Source: Bugula neritina | Lineage: Eukaryota; Animalia; Bryozoa | Length of the DNA stretch: 64,000 nucleotides | Assembly (NCBI GenBank): GCA_964035545.1 | Contig: OZ037767.1 | Coordinates: forward strand, 10,984,581-11,048,580 | Direction: 5' to 3' | Shown here: piece by piece, positions 1-10,571 of the stretch | Numbering within the stretch: the first letter of the stretch is position 1 | Layout of the letters: every line of letters starts with the position of its first letter | Notes under the pieces: model-generated | Databases searched by the model: none | What the model was told of the DNA's origin: nothing | Seen by the model: only the letters and a program-made list of their open reading frames with translations | Translations under genes and position numbers: made by a program

Positions 1-17
1 CAATTTTTTTTCTATAA

Positions 18-1728
18 GGTATCATTGTCATTCTATTGGTATCATTGGTACCACTGTTGGGAATTGTTTATAATAACTGCCATACTATCTGGGATGAAAT
101 GTTTCCAATCCACCTCAAACCTTCTAGTACTCCTGTGAAGTATGCCTGATCCAAATTAGCAAGAGTTTTGCAGATAAATATAATTTTTTACACTGCTTAG
201 GTAATGGCTACATGCTAATAAGCATCATTACAATATAAGTTTGTTAAATTCAATTCAACCCCTGGTTAACATAACTTTTTTGTAATTAATTAGTCTTTTA
301 AGCTTAACAATTATGCCAGCTAAATATAAACATCATTATCACAATATTTGACTCAAGTCATGAAAAATACATTTTGTTGAAGGTAGACTTGCATTCATAT
401 TTTTAGTATTGCACTTGTTTGATAATGTTATAGCATGTATTATGCTTGCAGGTGCTTTGGATGGAAAGCATACTTAAATATAGCCTTGGAGCCGCCTGAA
501 TTTTTACATGTAAAAAATCAAGCGGCCCTCCATTCAAGGCTCTGAGTTTTTCAACTATAAACAATTACACTCAGTCAATCTTAATATTAACATGGCTATG
601 TGTGATACCGAGCAAAAATTCACATTTATTGATGTTGATCAACCTGGGTGTTGAAGTGATTCAGGAGTATTTGAAGTTTTGGAAATGCTTTGCTTTATGG
701 TAAATTATTGCATTTTCTCTCATATTTAAAAGAAACAAGGGCTTTGATTGTGAAAAAATTGTTGATTAAATTTATGTTTCATATGTTTATGTTTATGTTT
801 CATATGTTTCTACACGTAATTTATCATGTATGTAGGTATATTTACAGGCCATATCTCACTGTCCCATGAAGAATCACTTTAAGATTTTCCAACCCCCCCC
901 CCTCACACTGCTTTGTGGCTGATAAAACCTTACCATTAAGAACCTGGATTACGACGTGGAGATATCTAGATAAAAAAGACTTTACAACTAAACTATAGAC
1001 TGTCTAGAGTTAGAAGAGCAATTGAAAACGCCTTTGGTGTCTCATCATCTAGATGGAGGCTTCTTCTCACATTAGGGGATCCTGCTAACATAGTTTGTAT
1101 GGTAAAACAATGTGCTTGCTACACAATTTTGTGAAAACTCCGGAGCCTGTACTTTATAGACTGTTGTAGTTCTGTGCACCACTAATTGGGGGTTTATTGT
1201 ATACACGGAATGCTACTGCTTATTTAACTATCAGGTTATGTAAAGAACCGAGATACCTAGTTGACATTTCATCAAAAACTGTATTAGATGTCTAATTACA
1301 TACAATTGGAATCATGCAAAATATTAAAGTACTATAATATCAAAAGCAGTTGTATAAGGTTATCCTTGTTTATCTACAGTTTATATCCAAGAGGTTGGTC
1401 TTGATTAGCCAGTGTAGGGAGTGATGCACGAAGTTGCGGCATTGCTAACAGTGTTGTAGTCTCTTGGAACTTTAGGCCTCATAATACAATACAAGTACTT
1501 AGGTAGTGGGTACTGGGGGGTATACTTTCCACAGCCACTACATAGACCACCCGGATTTGTGGATTCTAAAGATTTGGTTAATGGTAACTGGAGAAATGAA
1601 GATTTTAATTTTAATGTCACTGCAAGATTCTAGGAATTCTACTAGAAGTGCTAACAATAAGAGAGAGAATTTCTGCAGATAATTCAATTCCAATCTGGGC
1701 AGTGTAAAATGGCGGAAAAACTATTAAT
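18..1728 (+). pseudogene. Decayed, intron-containing PIF/Harbinger (DDE_Tnp_4, HARBI1-like) transposase; 5' end lies outside the window
   Basis: Manual translation gives ordered Harbinger motifs broken by stops and frameshifts: CHTIWDEMFPIHL (~80-120), GALDGKH (~451), DQPG..SDSGVF (~637-672), FVAD (~912), YRLSRVRRAIENAFG..SSRWRLL (~995-1065) and C-terminal KRENFC.*FNS..GSVKW (~1658-1715). Confidence 0.8.
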
Positions 1729-1867
1729 TAAACCACTTGGAATAGTTGCAAAAATCATTTATTTCAAATAACAGATGTATGTGTTGATAAAATGTCTAAT
1801 TTTATTTAATTATGTAAATAAAAAATACTTTTCTATAGTTTCAACAAATACTAGTATGTAACATGAT

Positions 1868-3100
1868 AATCATGGTCATTAAAAAACGTTGAAGTAACCT
1901 TTTCACTCAAAGCCTCACCAACTGTTTGTAGCAATTTTGCTCGAGTTAAAACTCTTTTAGCTGGTGGCAAATGTCGCAGCTGGGAAGATAGATTTATTGC
2001 AAAATGATAACCATCATCTTGTTTAATCATTTTATCGATGTTTTCTTTTATATAGTGTCAAACTGCTTTAAAAAGCTTGGTTCTGTTTGCTTTCTCTTCA
2101 TTGCCTTAGGTGTTTTTTTATGAAACAGAGCCACTCACAGTTGAGCTGCAGTTGCTGATTGCTGAAACATCAGAATTTAGAGTTCAGGACAATTCCTATT
2201 CTGCATTAACATTTACTGAGATTGATGGTGGTGAGCTAGAGGTAGTGGGCAGTTCTTGTGGTGACGCAGCTTGGATTGCAGACTCTTCTGCCTGTGAGTC
2301 TGAGAACTCTATGGGTATACATAGTTACTGTTTGTACTGAAAGAACAAGACTTGCAATTTCAGTCACAAAACAAAAATGTTTTATATCAAATCACTTTAC
2401 CAGTTTTAGTTTGAAACCGTGCAAAACACATTAAAACAAGATTGCTGAGTTTATATACTTTGATTGTTGTTACTGCCCTTGGCAAAAATATGCTCAATAA
2501 ACAAATTTTTCCCAAAAAAATTGCCAAGAAGATTCCCAAAACTTGGTAACAAGTCTTCCGCATAACCTGGGTATAAACATAACCTAGCAAAGGTAGGGCA
2601 CACACAACGGTCACCCAAACCACAATGACATAACCATGCACAGATCTAGTAGCCAGCAAAAAGCATGTGTTTCAAGACATAAATAGGAACTTTAACAAGC
2701 TGGTGACGTCATGGTTATTTCAACAACATGGTGATAAATGCTGTGGGTATTACACAGTCATCTACAATTGTGTAGACTTTGATGATGTATGCTAAAACTT
2801 GACACATAATTTTTTTTCTTATAAAAGTTCCAAAACCATTGCATGTTGTCCCAAAGCTGCCACAACAGCTTTTTTAGCATTGCTGCTTCTTCAGTAAGTT
2901 TTTTGACATTTGCTGCATATGAGTCACGAATATCCTTCCACATCTTCATTCTAGACTCAACTAAATCTCTATCGCACACACCTGCCCACACACAAACACA
3001 ATATTTTCTAAATTTATGCTTGATTTCTAGTAATAAAAAATGATTGAATCTGTACAATTTCACAAATTCCAAGGGTGTTGAGTGTCAATATGGCACAACT
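1868..3100 (-). pseudogene. Decayed MADF/Myb-SANT DNA-binding gene with BESS-like C-terminus (Harbinger accessory gene, convergent with the transposase)
   Basis: ORF 2758-3072 contains MADF-like KMWKDIRDSY...WQLWDNMQWF. Minus strand ~2030-1915 reads DDGYHFAINLSSQLRHLPPAKRVLTRAKLLQTV (BESS-like). The Ser-rich linker has stops. A two-gene layout is typical of Harbinger elements. Confidence 0.65.
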
Positions 3101-3278
3101 TTTGAGTACTATTGAAGCCAGTTGTGGTTAATAACTATATTGTTGTAATTTTATGCTGCATGGTTATTGCCAGAGTAAAATAACTAGGGGCACTTAAGAG
3201 GCTAATGCTACACCCAGAAAAATGCACTCAATTTGTCAGGAAATGAGAGAGAAAATGAGAATTGCCAGTCAGTGATAG

Positions 3279-3801
3279 TGTATTTGAGACCTGCTAACTA
3301 GAGAGTCCAGGTCTGACTCTTTACAGTAGACTAATAGTCAGAATATAATGCAATTATATAAGAGCAGAACGTTACACAAAAACTGCTTCAACCCAACTCA
3401 CTGGCTGAGGCAGTCCACCTCACTTATATGAGTTGGACAATTCATCCTGATTGGATGACTGTTCAGACATCTAAATCAGCAGATTTGGAACACCTAAAAC
3501 CCCACCCAAAGTCCCAATCAGCAGTCGGGCTCCCCAAATGCCAGTTTATGGAATTTGACTAAGCTGACGGACTATATCAATCTTACACCAGTATTTAAAA
3601 TTAGCCAATCAACACACAGGGAGTACAAACATGATAGAAATATAAGAATACACATGTTGAGTATAAAAGTAAAAATATTGATTGCTGGAACTGTAAGGCT
3701 GAGGGCACACAGTTGCTTAATACTGGGGCAAGGTTATAACACATAGCGCCACAGGCTATGTAAGGGGGATAATAATATAATGCCCGGCCAAATCTATTAC
3801 A
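3279..3801 (-). repeat. Putative 3' LTR of the relic Gypsy element (different LTR family from 9367-9671)
   Basis: Starts TGTAATAG immediately after the PPT. Contains CCAAT boxes and a TATAAG. The end at ...AAATACA (3279) is a best guess; there is no second copy to confirm it. Confidence 0.5.
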
Positions 3802-4096
3802 TCAGCCCTCTCACATCAGAAAGCACGCCTTTCCGATAGAGAAGAGAAGACGACGACAACAAGAAATAAATAAAAGTTGAGATACAAGATGAAAAACGGA
3901 ATTTTAAAATGAATTGATAGTACAAGAATAAAACAAAAAACTGACTGGTTTTATCGGATAAGAATAGGTACAAAAAATGTTATAAAGAACAGTGTGAAAA
4001 GCATTACTATTGGAATGTTCACTTGTAGATGCAATAATGATACTATTATATATAATGAGTAGCACCGGGTCTATGGTAGGACAGCAGTCGCCAGTG

Positions 4097-4983
4097 TTAG
4101 GAGTGGGATTCCTGATTGCAGAGATAATGTCTTAGTCGGGTAACCTCTGCCATGCACTGCTCCAGACTCCCAGAGAGAGAAGCGAGTCGCCCTTCAAGGA
4201 TTATCAGACGGTGGCTTACTCCAGTGTCTGGGACAGAGGGGGGGTCACAAGATCCCGTGCTTCTTCTTCGCCGTCGTCGGTATACTGGTCCTGAAGCTTC
4301 CAAAGAGGGGGGTGCCGGTGGTATGAAGGCGTTGAGGCTAGGTGCAGTTCCCATATTAGGCAACACCACTGGCAAGGGCTGTGTACGAGGAGGGTCACTT
4401 CTTGGGTGACAGATATTCTCCTCGTCTTCTGAAGTGGGTCTGGTAGCGGGGAACCCCTGTAGCAGCCGGTCTCGCTTGTGCATGTCTTTTACATATGGAA
4501 GAATCAGGTCCCGAAACTCAGCAAAGCTAGTACTATCCACCTCGAAGATCTTGCCCATGTGGCAACGGGCTAATCTTTGGTGCTTGAGTAAATAATCCCT
4601 ATTGTAACTGTACTCGCCACACAGGCAGAACGTGTTGGTGAAATGCTGAGGCACGTGCACCCGTAACCTCCTATGAGAAGTGAAGGTCCTCCGACATTTA
4701 CGGCATTTAATGTTACTGGGGTCGCCACAGATGGCATTGATAGCTGCACGGGTTTGAATGGAGGTCCAGTGCGACTGCATATCCAAGGCGCGTGGCAACC
4801 GGATTTCTGCTGGTGTGGGTGTCGCCTCAGGGGGGATTTGCACAGTAGTCGGTGGGGTAATTGGAGGAGTAGGTAGAGTGTAGTACACTGTGAGTGGCAA
4901 CAGGGAGCCGGCAACCTTGCTAGGGTGTAAGAACCCATCAGGTTGGGCTGAATTGCATCCCTCATTACTGGAATGAGTCTCAC
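4097..4983 (-). CDS. Gypsy ORF3-derived C2H2-type zinc-finger/coiled-coil protein (probable terminal exon starting at splice acceptor 4983; the open frame extends to 5089)
   Basis: Uninterrupted frame with CRKC..F.SHRRLRVHVPQH..FCLCGEYSYNRDYLLKHQR, an RRRRRR basic patch and a C-terminal heptad segment. Clearly homologous to ORF 15164-16237. Acceptor-like ctcttattgtag|G at 4984/4983. Confidence 0.75.
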
Positions 4984-5266
4984 CTACAATAAGAGCAGCA
5001 CCATGAGTAGGGCGACATGAGCAAACCAAACAGCTCCACTGGCTCCGTGAAAGGGTTAATGCACTGCACCAGGAACTCCCCTCAACCATTCAGCCGATTC
5101 AGGCTGTTGGCGAGCTGTACCTTCCTGTGCACCCCTTCTACGACTCCAACTCGGAGATTTCCCTACAGTTCACAGTGCAGTGTAGCCTGGGAAACAGGGT
5201 TAGGTCTTTGACGCAAGCAATTTAGTATAATTAAATGTCAGCTCTAAAAAATTGTGCATGCATTAC

Positions 5267-5362
5267 CTGTCTCAGCAACTTCCTCATGACCATCAAATGA
5301 TTTGACTGAATTAAAGTTGTTAACTTCTTCCTCTTCAAGCTCAAAATACTCAACTTTAACAT
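5267..5362 (-). CDS. Putative 96-nt phase1-phase1 coding exon (D)VKVEYFELEEEEVNNFNSVKSFDGHEEVAET(G)
   Basis: Flanked by acceptor ccatataactttctttag| and donor CAG|GTAATG. The frame is open and acidic with a VKVE motif. Phase-compatible with 7961-7931 upstream and 4983 downstream. Confidence 0.5.
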
Positions 5363-6373
5363 CTAAAGAAAGTTATATGGAAGTAACAAATAAAAACATT
5401 GGCAAATTTTTACTTTCATTGCATCTCTCAGGTTAAAATGAACTTATTTTCTTTTGATCAACATGATGTTAGCTTCAATTTTTATATTCTATCATACAAA
5501 AGGAAAGTGAGAAAACCTTCACTATATCTGTGCCACTAACACTATACACAGACAACACAAGATGCCATATGACTACTAACCATTTGGTAGTTCAACTTCT
5601 TGATGACACACATCAATAGATTCAGGTGTTTTTACTCTTTCTACAGACACATAGACATACTATACAATGTATACCAGAAAAGCACATACTAGGTGTGAAT
5701 CTCAGTCTAGAAGAGAATGTAATCAGAAAGTAGATGGTAACGCAGGCTCTGAAACTCTGAGTTGCTGCTATAATTTGAGAAGCACAGACAACACTACACT
5801 AAAACTCAGTCTCACTCAACAGTACTTTAAAATTAGAGAAAATATATTTATAACAAAAATTTACATTGCCAGTAAAATACATGGACAGTAATTTACAGGC
5901 AGTCAATGATTTCATATCTGGTTTAAACACTAAACATTTTGAATAGTTGGTACCTAGGCATCATTATATAAATAATACAAAGCTACTAACCATCACAGAT
6001 GTCATGAGGTACAGGTTCAGTTTTGACTTTGTTCATAGTTGTATCAAGTTACTGGTAATAACAAAGCAAGGTTTCACGTTTATTTCGTATCTTCACATCT
6101 GCTATAACTAAAAAACATTCCGAAAATAAAATTATAATATAAACTTACTAAAAGCAACACTCACACTGCTACTACTAGTACTGGTGTTACTGTTGGAAAC
6201 ATCAACAGTCGCACTCACACTGCTTCATTGTCAGTGTTACTGTTAAGTGTTTACGGTTAATGTTACTTATAGTTATACTTATACTTATAGTATTATTTAT
6301 ACTATTAGTAAAGTATTACTATTAGTATTAGACTTAGTGTAAGTCTAAGAGTAAGTGTTACATTTACAGTTAG

Positions 6374-7698
6374 GGGGCCATCCATAAATTATGTCACACT
6401 TTATTCAGCACTTTTTGACCCCCCCTCCCCCCCTTGTCACAAAGTGTCACGCTTATATGACCCCCTCCCCCCATGTGATGTCACACAGATTATGTAAACG
6501 CCCTTTTAAGATTAAATACTCCATACAAAAAGTACTGATTGAATGGTTTATGTTTAGTAATCATTACAGGCACAAAGTTCAATATTTATGAATGCAACTT
6601 TTTAAGAACCTAAATTTATTCAGTGTATCATTATTATCCAATGACAAGAAAATCATAAACATTATTGAAACCATGCTTGATTTAATAAGGCAGGTCATAA
6701 GTTCTGGCCTATAACTGCTATTTTTACTGCCTCAGTGGTATTAAAGTTCCACTAGAGCATGAAGTCTGTTTTTCAACATCATAATAGTTAGTTTTCTTCG
6801 ATCCATGGTACTGTGGCCCATTCCTGGACTGAATGAATGATGGGTAGGGAATCTACAGGGATTGCAAGATCTTTTTGAACACTTGAGGTAATAGTATCCA
6901 AATCCTCCTCATCGATCCTCTTTGAAACCTCAACAAATTTTGCACCTGTATGGAGGTTGGTGTGGCTAGATTTTGCTTTCTGACTGGGAAAATACATCCC
7001 ACAAACCGGGCAAATACGGGGTTGTAATTTCCCAATCAGTGATGGACAGTACAGGTCAAATGGAAATATTTTGAATGTCTTTGCACATTGTGGGAGGATT
7101 GCTGATAAAGCGATTCGGGAAAACAGGGATCCGTAGTGTGAATCTATTAAGGTTTCGTCTGGCTCAGGAGCCACCAAACCATGCCTTGTTTGTTTGACTG
7201 GTACAGGAGGTGGTATGAACCTTCCAGGCAGTATGGCACGAATACTGCTTCGGTATGGCCTACAACAGGACTGATCATCACATTTTGTGATCTGCAAGAA
7301 ATACTGGCTTTGGAGAAGATGTTTTCTTTCCAAGTTTCAGAGAGTTCATCCCACATATCTTCTGTGTCTTCTGGAGGGACATAGACAGCGATGACAGGAT
7401 TACTGTCAATTACTGTTTTTGACCAGGTGCAGGTGCAGAGGTCAAGGAGTGGGATTTTTGCTAATTGGTCTGGGGAGGGGGGTCTGTTTTTATTGTGCTT
7501 TATATTGACAAAAAATACATGTATTTGATGTTTTATGTTCAGTATTAATACATATCTGAAATATTTTGTTTTGGTAAAATATTTGAAAATGTGACATCAC
7601 ACATATCTACCCTCCCCCCCTCCCCCTTGTCACAAACTGTCACACATGAGGGTACCCCCTCCCCCCCCTTGAGCGTGACATAATTTATGGATGGCCCC
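6374..7698 (-). mobile_element. Non-autonomous (internally deleted) Zator-like TIR DNA transposon, 1325 bp
   Basis: Perfect 24-bp terminal inverted repeats (TIRs) GGGGCCATCCATAAATTATGTCAC. A 3-bp TSD TAG lies at 6371-6373 and 7699-7701. Carries a transposase C-terminal fragment. The superfamily is assigned from GG termini, 3-bp TSD and recalled motifs, not from a search. Confidence 0.8.
6788..7333 (-). pseudogene. C-terminal fragment of a Zator-like transposase (no catalytic DDE region)
   Basis: H..QSQYFLQITKC.D..CC...RS...LP.RFIPPP and FDLYCPS...RICPVCG.YFPS..A..SH...H, lying inside the TIR element. Confidence 0.6.
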
Positions 7699-7930
7699 TA
7701 GTGTTACTCTCAATCTAAGTTTTAGAGAGTCAGAACTCAGTATTGTAATAGTATGGTTGAACTTGATAACATCAACTATAGTCATAAGTTGCAGTCACTG
7801 TCAGTGCGGATTGTGATTGCCCAAACTCATAGTGATAGTCACTGATAGATCATAGTCATACTCATAGCCAATTCCAATGTGAAGGTTATACTCATACTGA
7901 GCTATGGTTACACTTACCCGACTAACTTAC

Positions 7931-7961
7931 CGTTGTGTGTAATGAAAGTATCAGCATGCAT
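7931..7961 (-). CDS. Putative first coding exon MHADTFITHN(D)
   Basis: ATG at 7961, 31 coding nt, perfect G|GTAAGT donor at 7930, phase 1. Confidence 0.4.
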
Positions 7962-9366
7962 AGGAGTTTAAATAAAAAACAAAAGCATTGTGTCAAACAT
8001 AATCAACTTTAAATATATATTATAATTATTTTGTCCACCTGATAAATTAAAACTAGGGAATCACACTGGTTTACTTGGAACGGTTCTATAAGCAGCGCCA
8101 GTGCGGTCCATCAACTTTAACCCTTTGGCCTTTGCTATAACTATAAGTAGCTCCAAGTTGGGGGTGAATGAGTGCGATAGTTTGGATTCTCAAGTTTGGA
8201 GTTATAGTTTCAAGTTGGCATTTAATAGAGCTTTGTATTCCGTAGTATTAAGAATTCTACTGACGAACTGTATAATTATTATTGAGAAATCTTTTATCTG
8301 AATGGAAGTAGGCTATACAGTATCCAGTATAGTGCACTGAACTGGAAAATATATTATTTTGAGTTCATTAGTATAGTATATACTGACCCTACTGTTGCGT
8401 TTCCAACTAGTTAGCAGTGGGTCAAGGTCTCTCAGTGGGGAAGAAGCAAAAGCCTCAACAGCTCTGAATGATTCTATAAGGCATAAGCAGTTTCGGGTTC
8501 TTGAGTGTGGAGTTGAGTATTTTAATAACTTGAGAACCGCAAACTACTGCATTCAGTCACCCCCAACCTGGTGCTGCTTATAGGACCATTCAATAGTTAA
8601 TGACTACCACACTCCACCACCAAGCTGTAGTGGTCATGATTAATTTCACCACTATGACTATGTCTATTGAATTTCAATTTATTTTCAATATTAAATTTAA
8701 TATTATTAATAACAAGTCTAATACTAATAGTAATACTAATAGTGTTCATCTATTATTTCCCAATCATTATGATTAACCTAGACTCTAGAGTCTAGAGTAA
8801 TAATCGTAATACTTGATAGAATATTATCATTATGGGAATACCAGTACCACTTTAAATGTTTTCCTAAGCTGATTCTATATAACAATATCATCATATGAAT
8901 ATTATAATCAATATGCTATTATCATCATGATTATAATTATCATTATTAATAGTTAATACTATGATTATGAATTTAATTTAATTCATATTAAACTAACTCT
9001 AAGTAATTATATTTATTAGAATTAATGAATCATCATTATGATTATGATTATTAGTATTACTATGAGTATGACCATGACATTTATCATAATCATTTATGGC
9101 AATCATAGTGATAATGATGAGGCTACAATGAAGCAGCACATTGTGGTATACCAGCATGAGCACTGTATTCACTTTTACTGAGTTGCTGTATTTTTTTTTA
9201 ATCTGAAAACTAAATCTTACACCATCACCCATGCAGTCATAGTATTAGTTATTAGAATAACTATAAAAATTTATATTGTATTTATACTAATAACCATGAT
9301 ACAGCTTCACCATAAGCCATGGCAAGGCTAATTTTTTTTAATAAGAAATAGTCTTTCATATGATAT

Positions 9367-9671
9367 TGTGGTGGCTCGTGGAGCTACCAGCAACACAATA
9401 CGCAAGGTTGCGTATTGACCCGGAACAATGTATTAGCCAATTAGCTAAGCTGTTTGATAAGTAATAGTAGCCGCTTCGCGCTACTAGCTCAGTTGAGGAT
9501 AGTGCTGTAAACTAAATAGACATGCGTATCATTACTGTTGTACATTGGATTTTTATTATGTATTCTTGTATTAAATATAACGATATCTACTCGACTTAAC
9601 TGGTGAAGTTTCTCTAGTGTTAAATAGACTCTCTTGGTGGCACATCAACCCTAAATCTGAAAACTATAACA
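9367..9671 (+). repeat. 5' LTR
   Basis: TGTGGTGG...TATAACA; direct repeat of 16506-16810; Inr-like TCAGTT at 9489; ATTAAA poly(A)-like signal. Confidence 0.97.
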
Positions 9672-9672
9672 G

Positions 9673-9690
9673 TGGTGGCAGCGGTGGGAT
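9673..9690 (+). promoter_or_regulatory. Primer-binding site for tRNA-Leu
   Basis: TGGTGGCAGCGGTGGGAT is the exact 18-nt complement of the 3' end of metazoan tRNA-Leu(AAG/TAG), ...ATCCCACCGCTGCCACCA, and lies 1 nt after the LTR. Confidence 0.92.
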
Positions 9691-9704
9691 AGTGTATATC
9701 AAAG

Positions 9705-10571
9705 ATGGAGACTGAAAATGCTAGAATGCAACCACCCCCAGTAGAAGGTGAGCGTATAAATGCTGTTAATCCTGTGAATCGTGAAGGAGAAGAAGCTTAT
9801 AGACATTGCTTGAAAGCTCCCACCTTTACTGGGTCGGAAGATGTCGAACAATTTATACAAGAATTTAGAGAGGTAATGGAAGTTGCTCAATGGCCGCATA
9901 GAGTGGCCCTTATCAAATTGCGGAGGGCGGTGACGGAGCAAGCCAAGCCGTACGGAGTGGGAACGGACGTAGACGGCATACTGGCTGCGCTGCGGGCCCG
10001 TTTTGGCACCTCCGTCATAGACGCTAGGACCAAGCTGGAGAGATTGTGCCGCACCCCGCGGACCTCGCTGCAAGAACATGCCGCGACGGTGAAGAAGCTG
10101 GCGCAGATTGCATATAGCGATCTGCCAGCACAACACCAAGAGCGTTACACCTATGACGCCTTTGTCCAGTCCCTAAACGACCTGGGCCTAGACCATCACC
10201 TACGAGCTAAAGGGATAACCAGAATAGAGGATGCCCTGAAGGCTGGAGAAGCTTACCTGTTGGCTACCCAAATGCATCGAGCACAAAGGAACCCCCCAGT
10301 AGTTGGAGTCAGCGCTGCCAGGGCTACGACAGGCTCCGAAGCCCTCCCGCTGGAAGCCGAAGTGGACCGCATGATAGAGATGCTGGGACAATTGGTAACC
10401 ATTCTGGCCGGTGCTGGCCCCGGTCGGGCCTTGCGGATGCCCCCAACATCTGTGGGGCAGGGCTGGAGTAGCGCTGATCAGGACCAGGGACAGAAAGGAC
10501 GACCCCAATACCAGGGGGCGTTAAACTGTCACGGCCCGCGGACACACTCCCTCCCCGCGGGCCGCAACTAA
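9705..10571 (+). CDS. gag: Gag (capsid-like) protein, 288 aa
   Basis: First ORF after the PBS; PTFTGSEDVEQFIQEF..W-type Gypsy gag N-domain; no CCHC knuckle visible. Confidence 0.88.
   Translation: METENARMQPPPVEGERINAVNPVNREGEEAYRHCLKAPTFTGSEDVEQFIQEFREVMEVAQWPHRVALIKLRRAVTEQAKPYGVGTDVDGILAALRARFGTSVIDARTKLERLCRTPRTSLQEHAATVKKLAQIAYSDLPAQHQERYTYDAFVQSLNDLGLDHHLRAKGITRIEDALKAGEAYLLATQMHRAQRNPPVVGVSAARATTGSEALPLEAEVDRMIEMLGQLVTILAGAGPGRALRMPPTSVGQGWSSADQDQGQKGRPQYQGALNCHGPRTHSLPAGRN

Larger units (their letters stand above)
3279..5195 (-). mobile_element. Internally deleted Gypsy LTR-retrotransposon relic: short pol fragment, ORF3, polypurine tract (PPT) and 3' LTR
   Basis: 5030-5190 (minus) encodes GVVEGVHRKVQLANSLNRLNG*GEFLVQCINPFTEPVEL, homologous to pol of the intact element at ~11370-11485. 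It is followed by an ORF3 homolog, then the pre-PPT/PPT tatcggaaaggcgtgctttctgatgtgagagggctga|TGT at ~3801-3838, matching tatcagaaagtgggctttctgctggagggggcag|TGT in the intact element. The left boundary is approximate. Confidence 0.8.

Noticed and set aside
3183-3215. Possible Harbinger right terminus near GGGGCACTTAA
   Set aside because: The partner TIR would lie outside the window, so it cannot be verified.
4984-5089. N-terminal 35 aa of the 330-aa ORF
   Set aside because: Out-of-frame read of the pol relic across the deletion junction; unlikely to be the real start.
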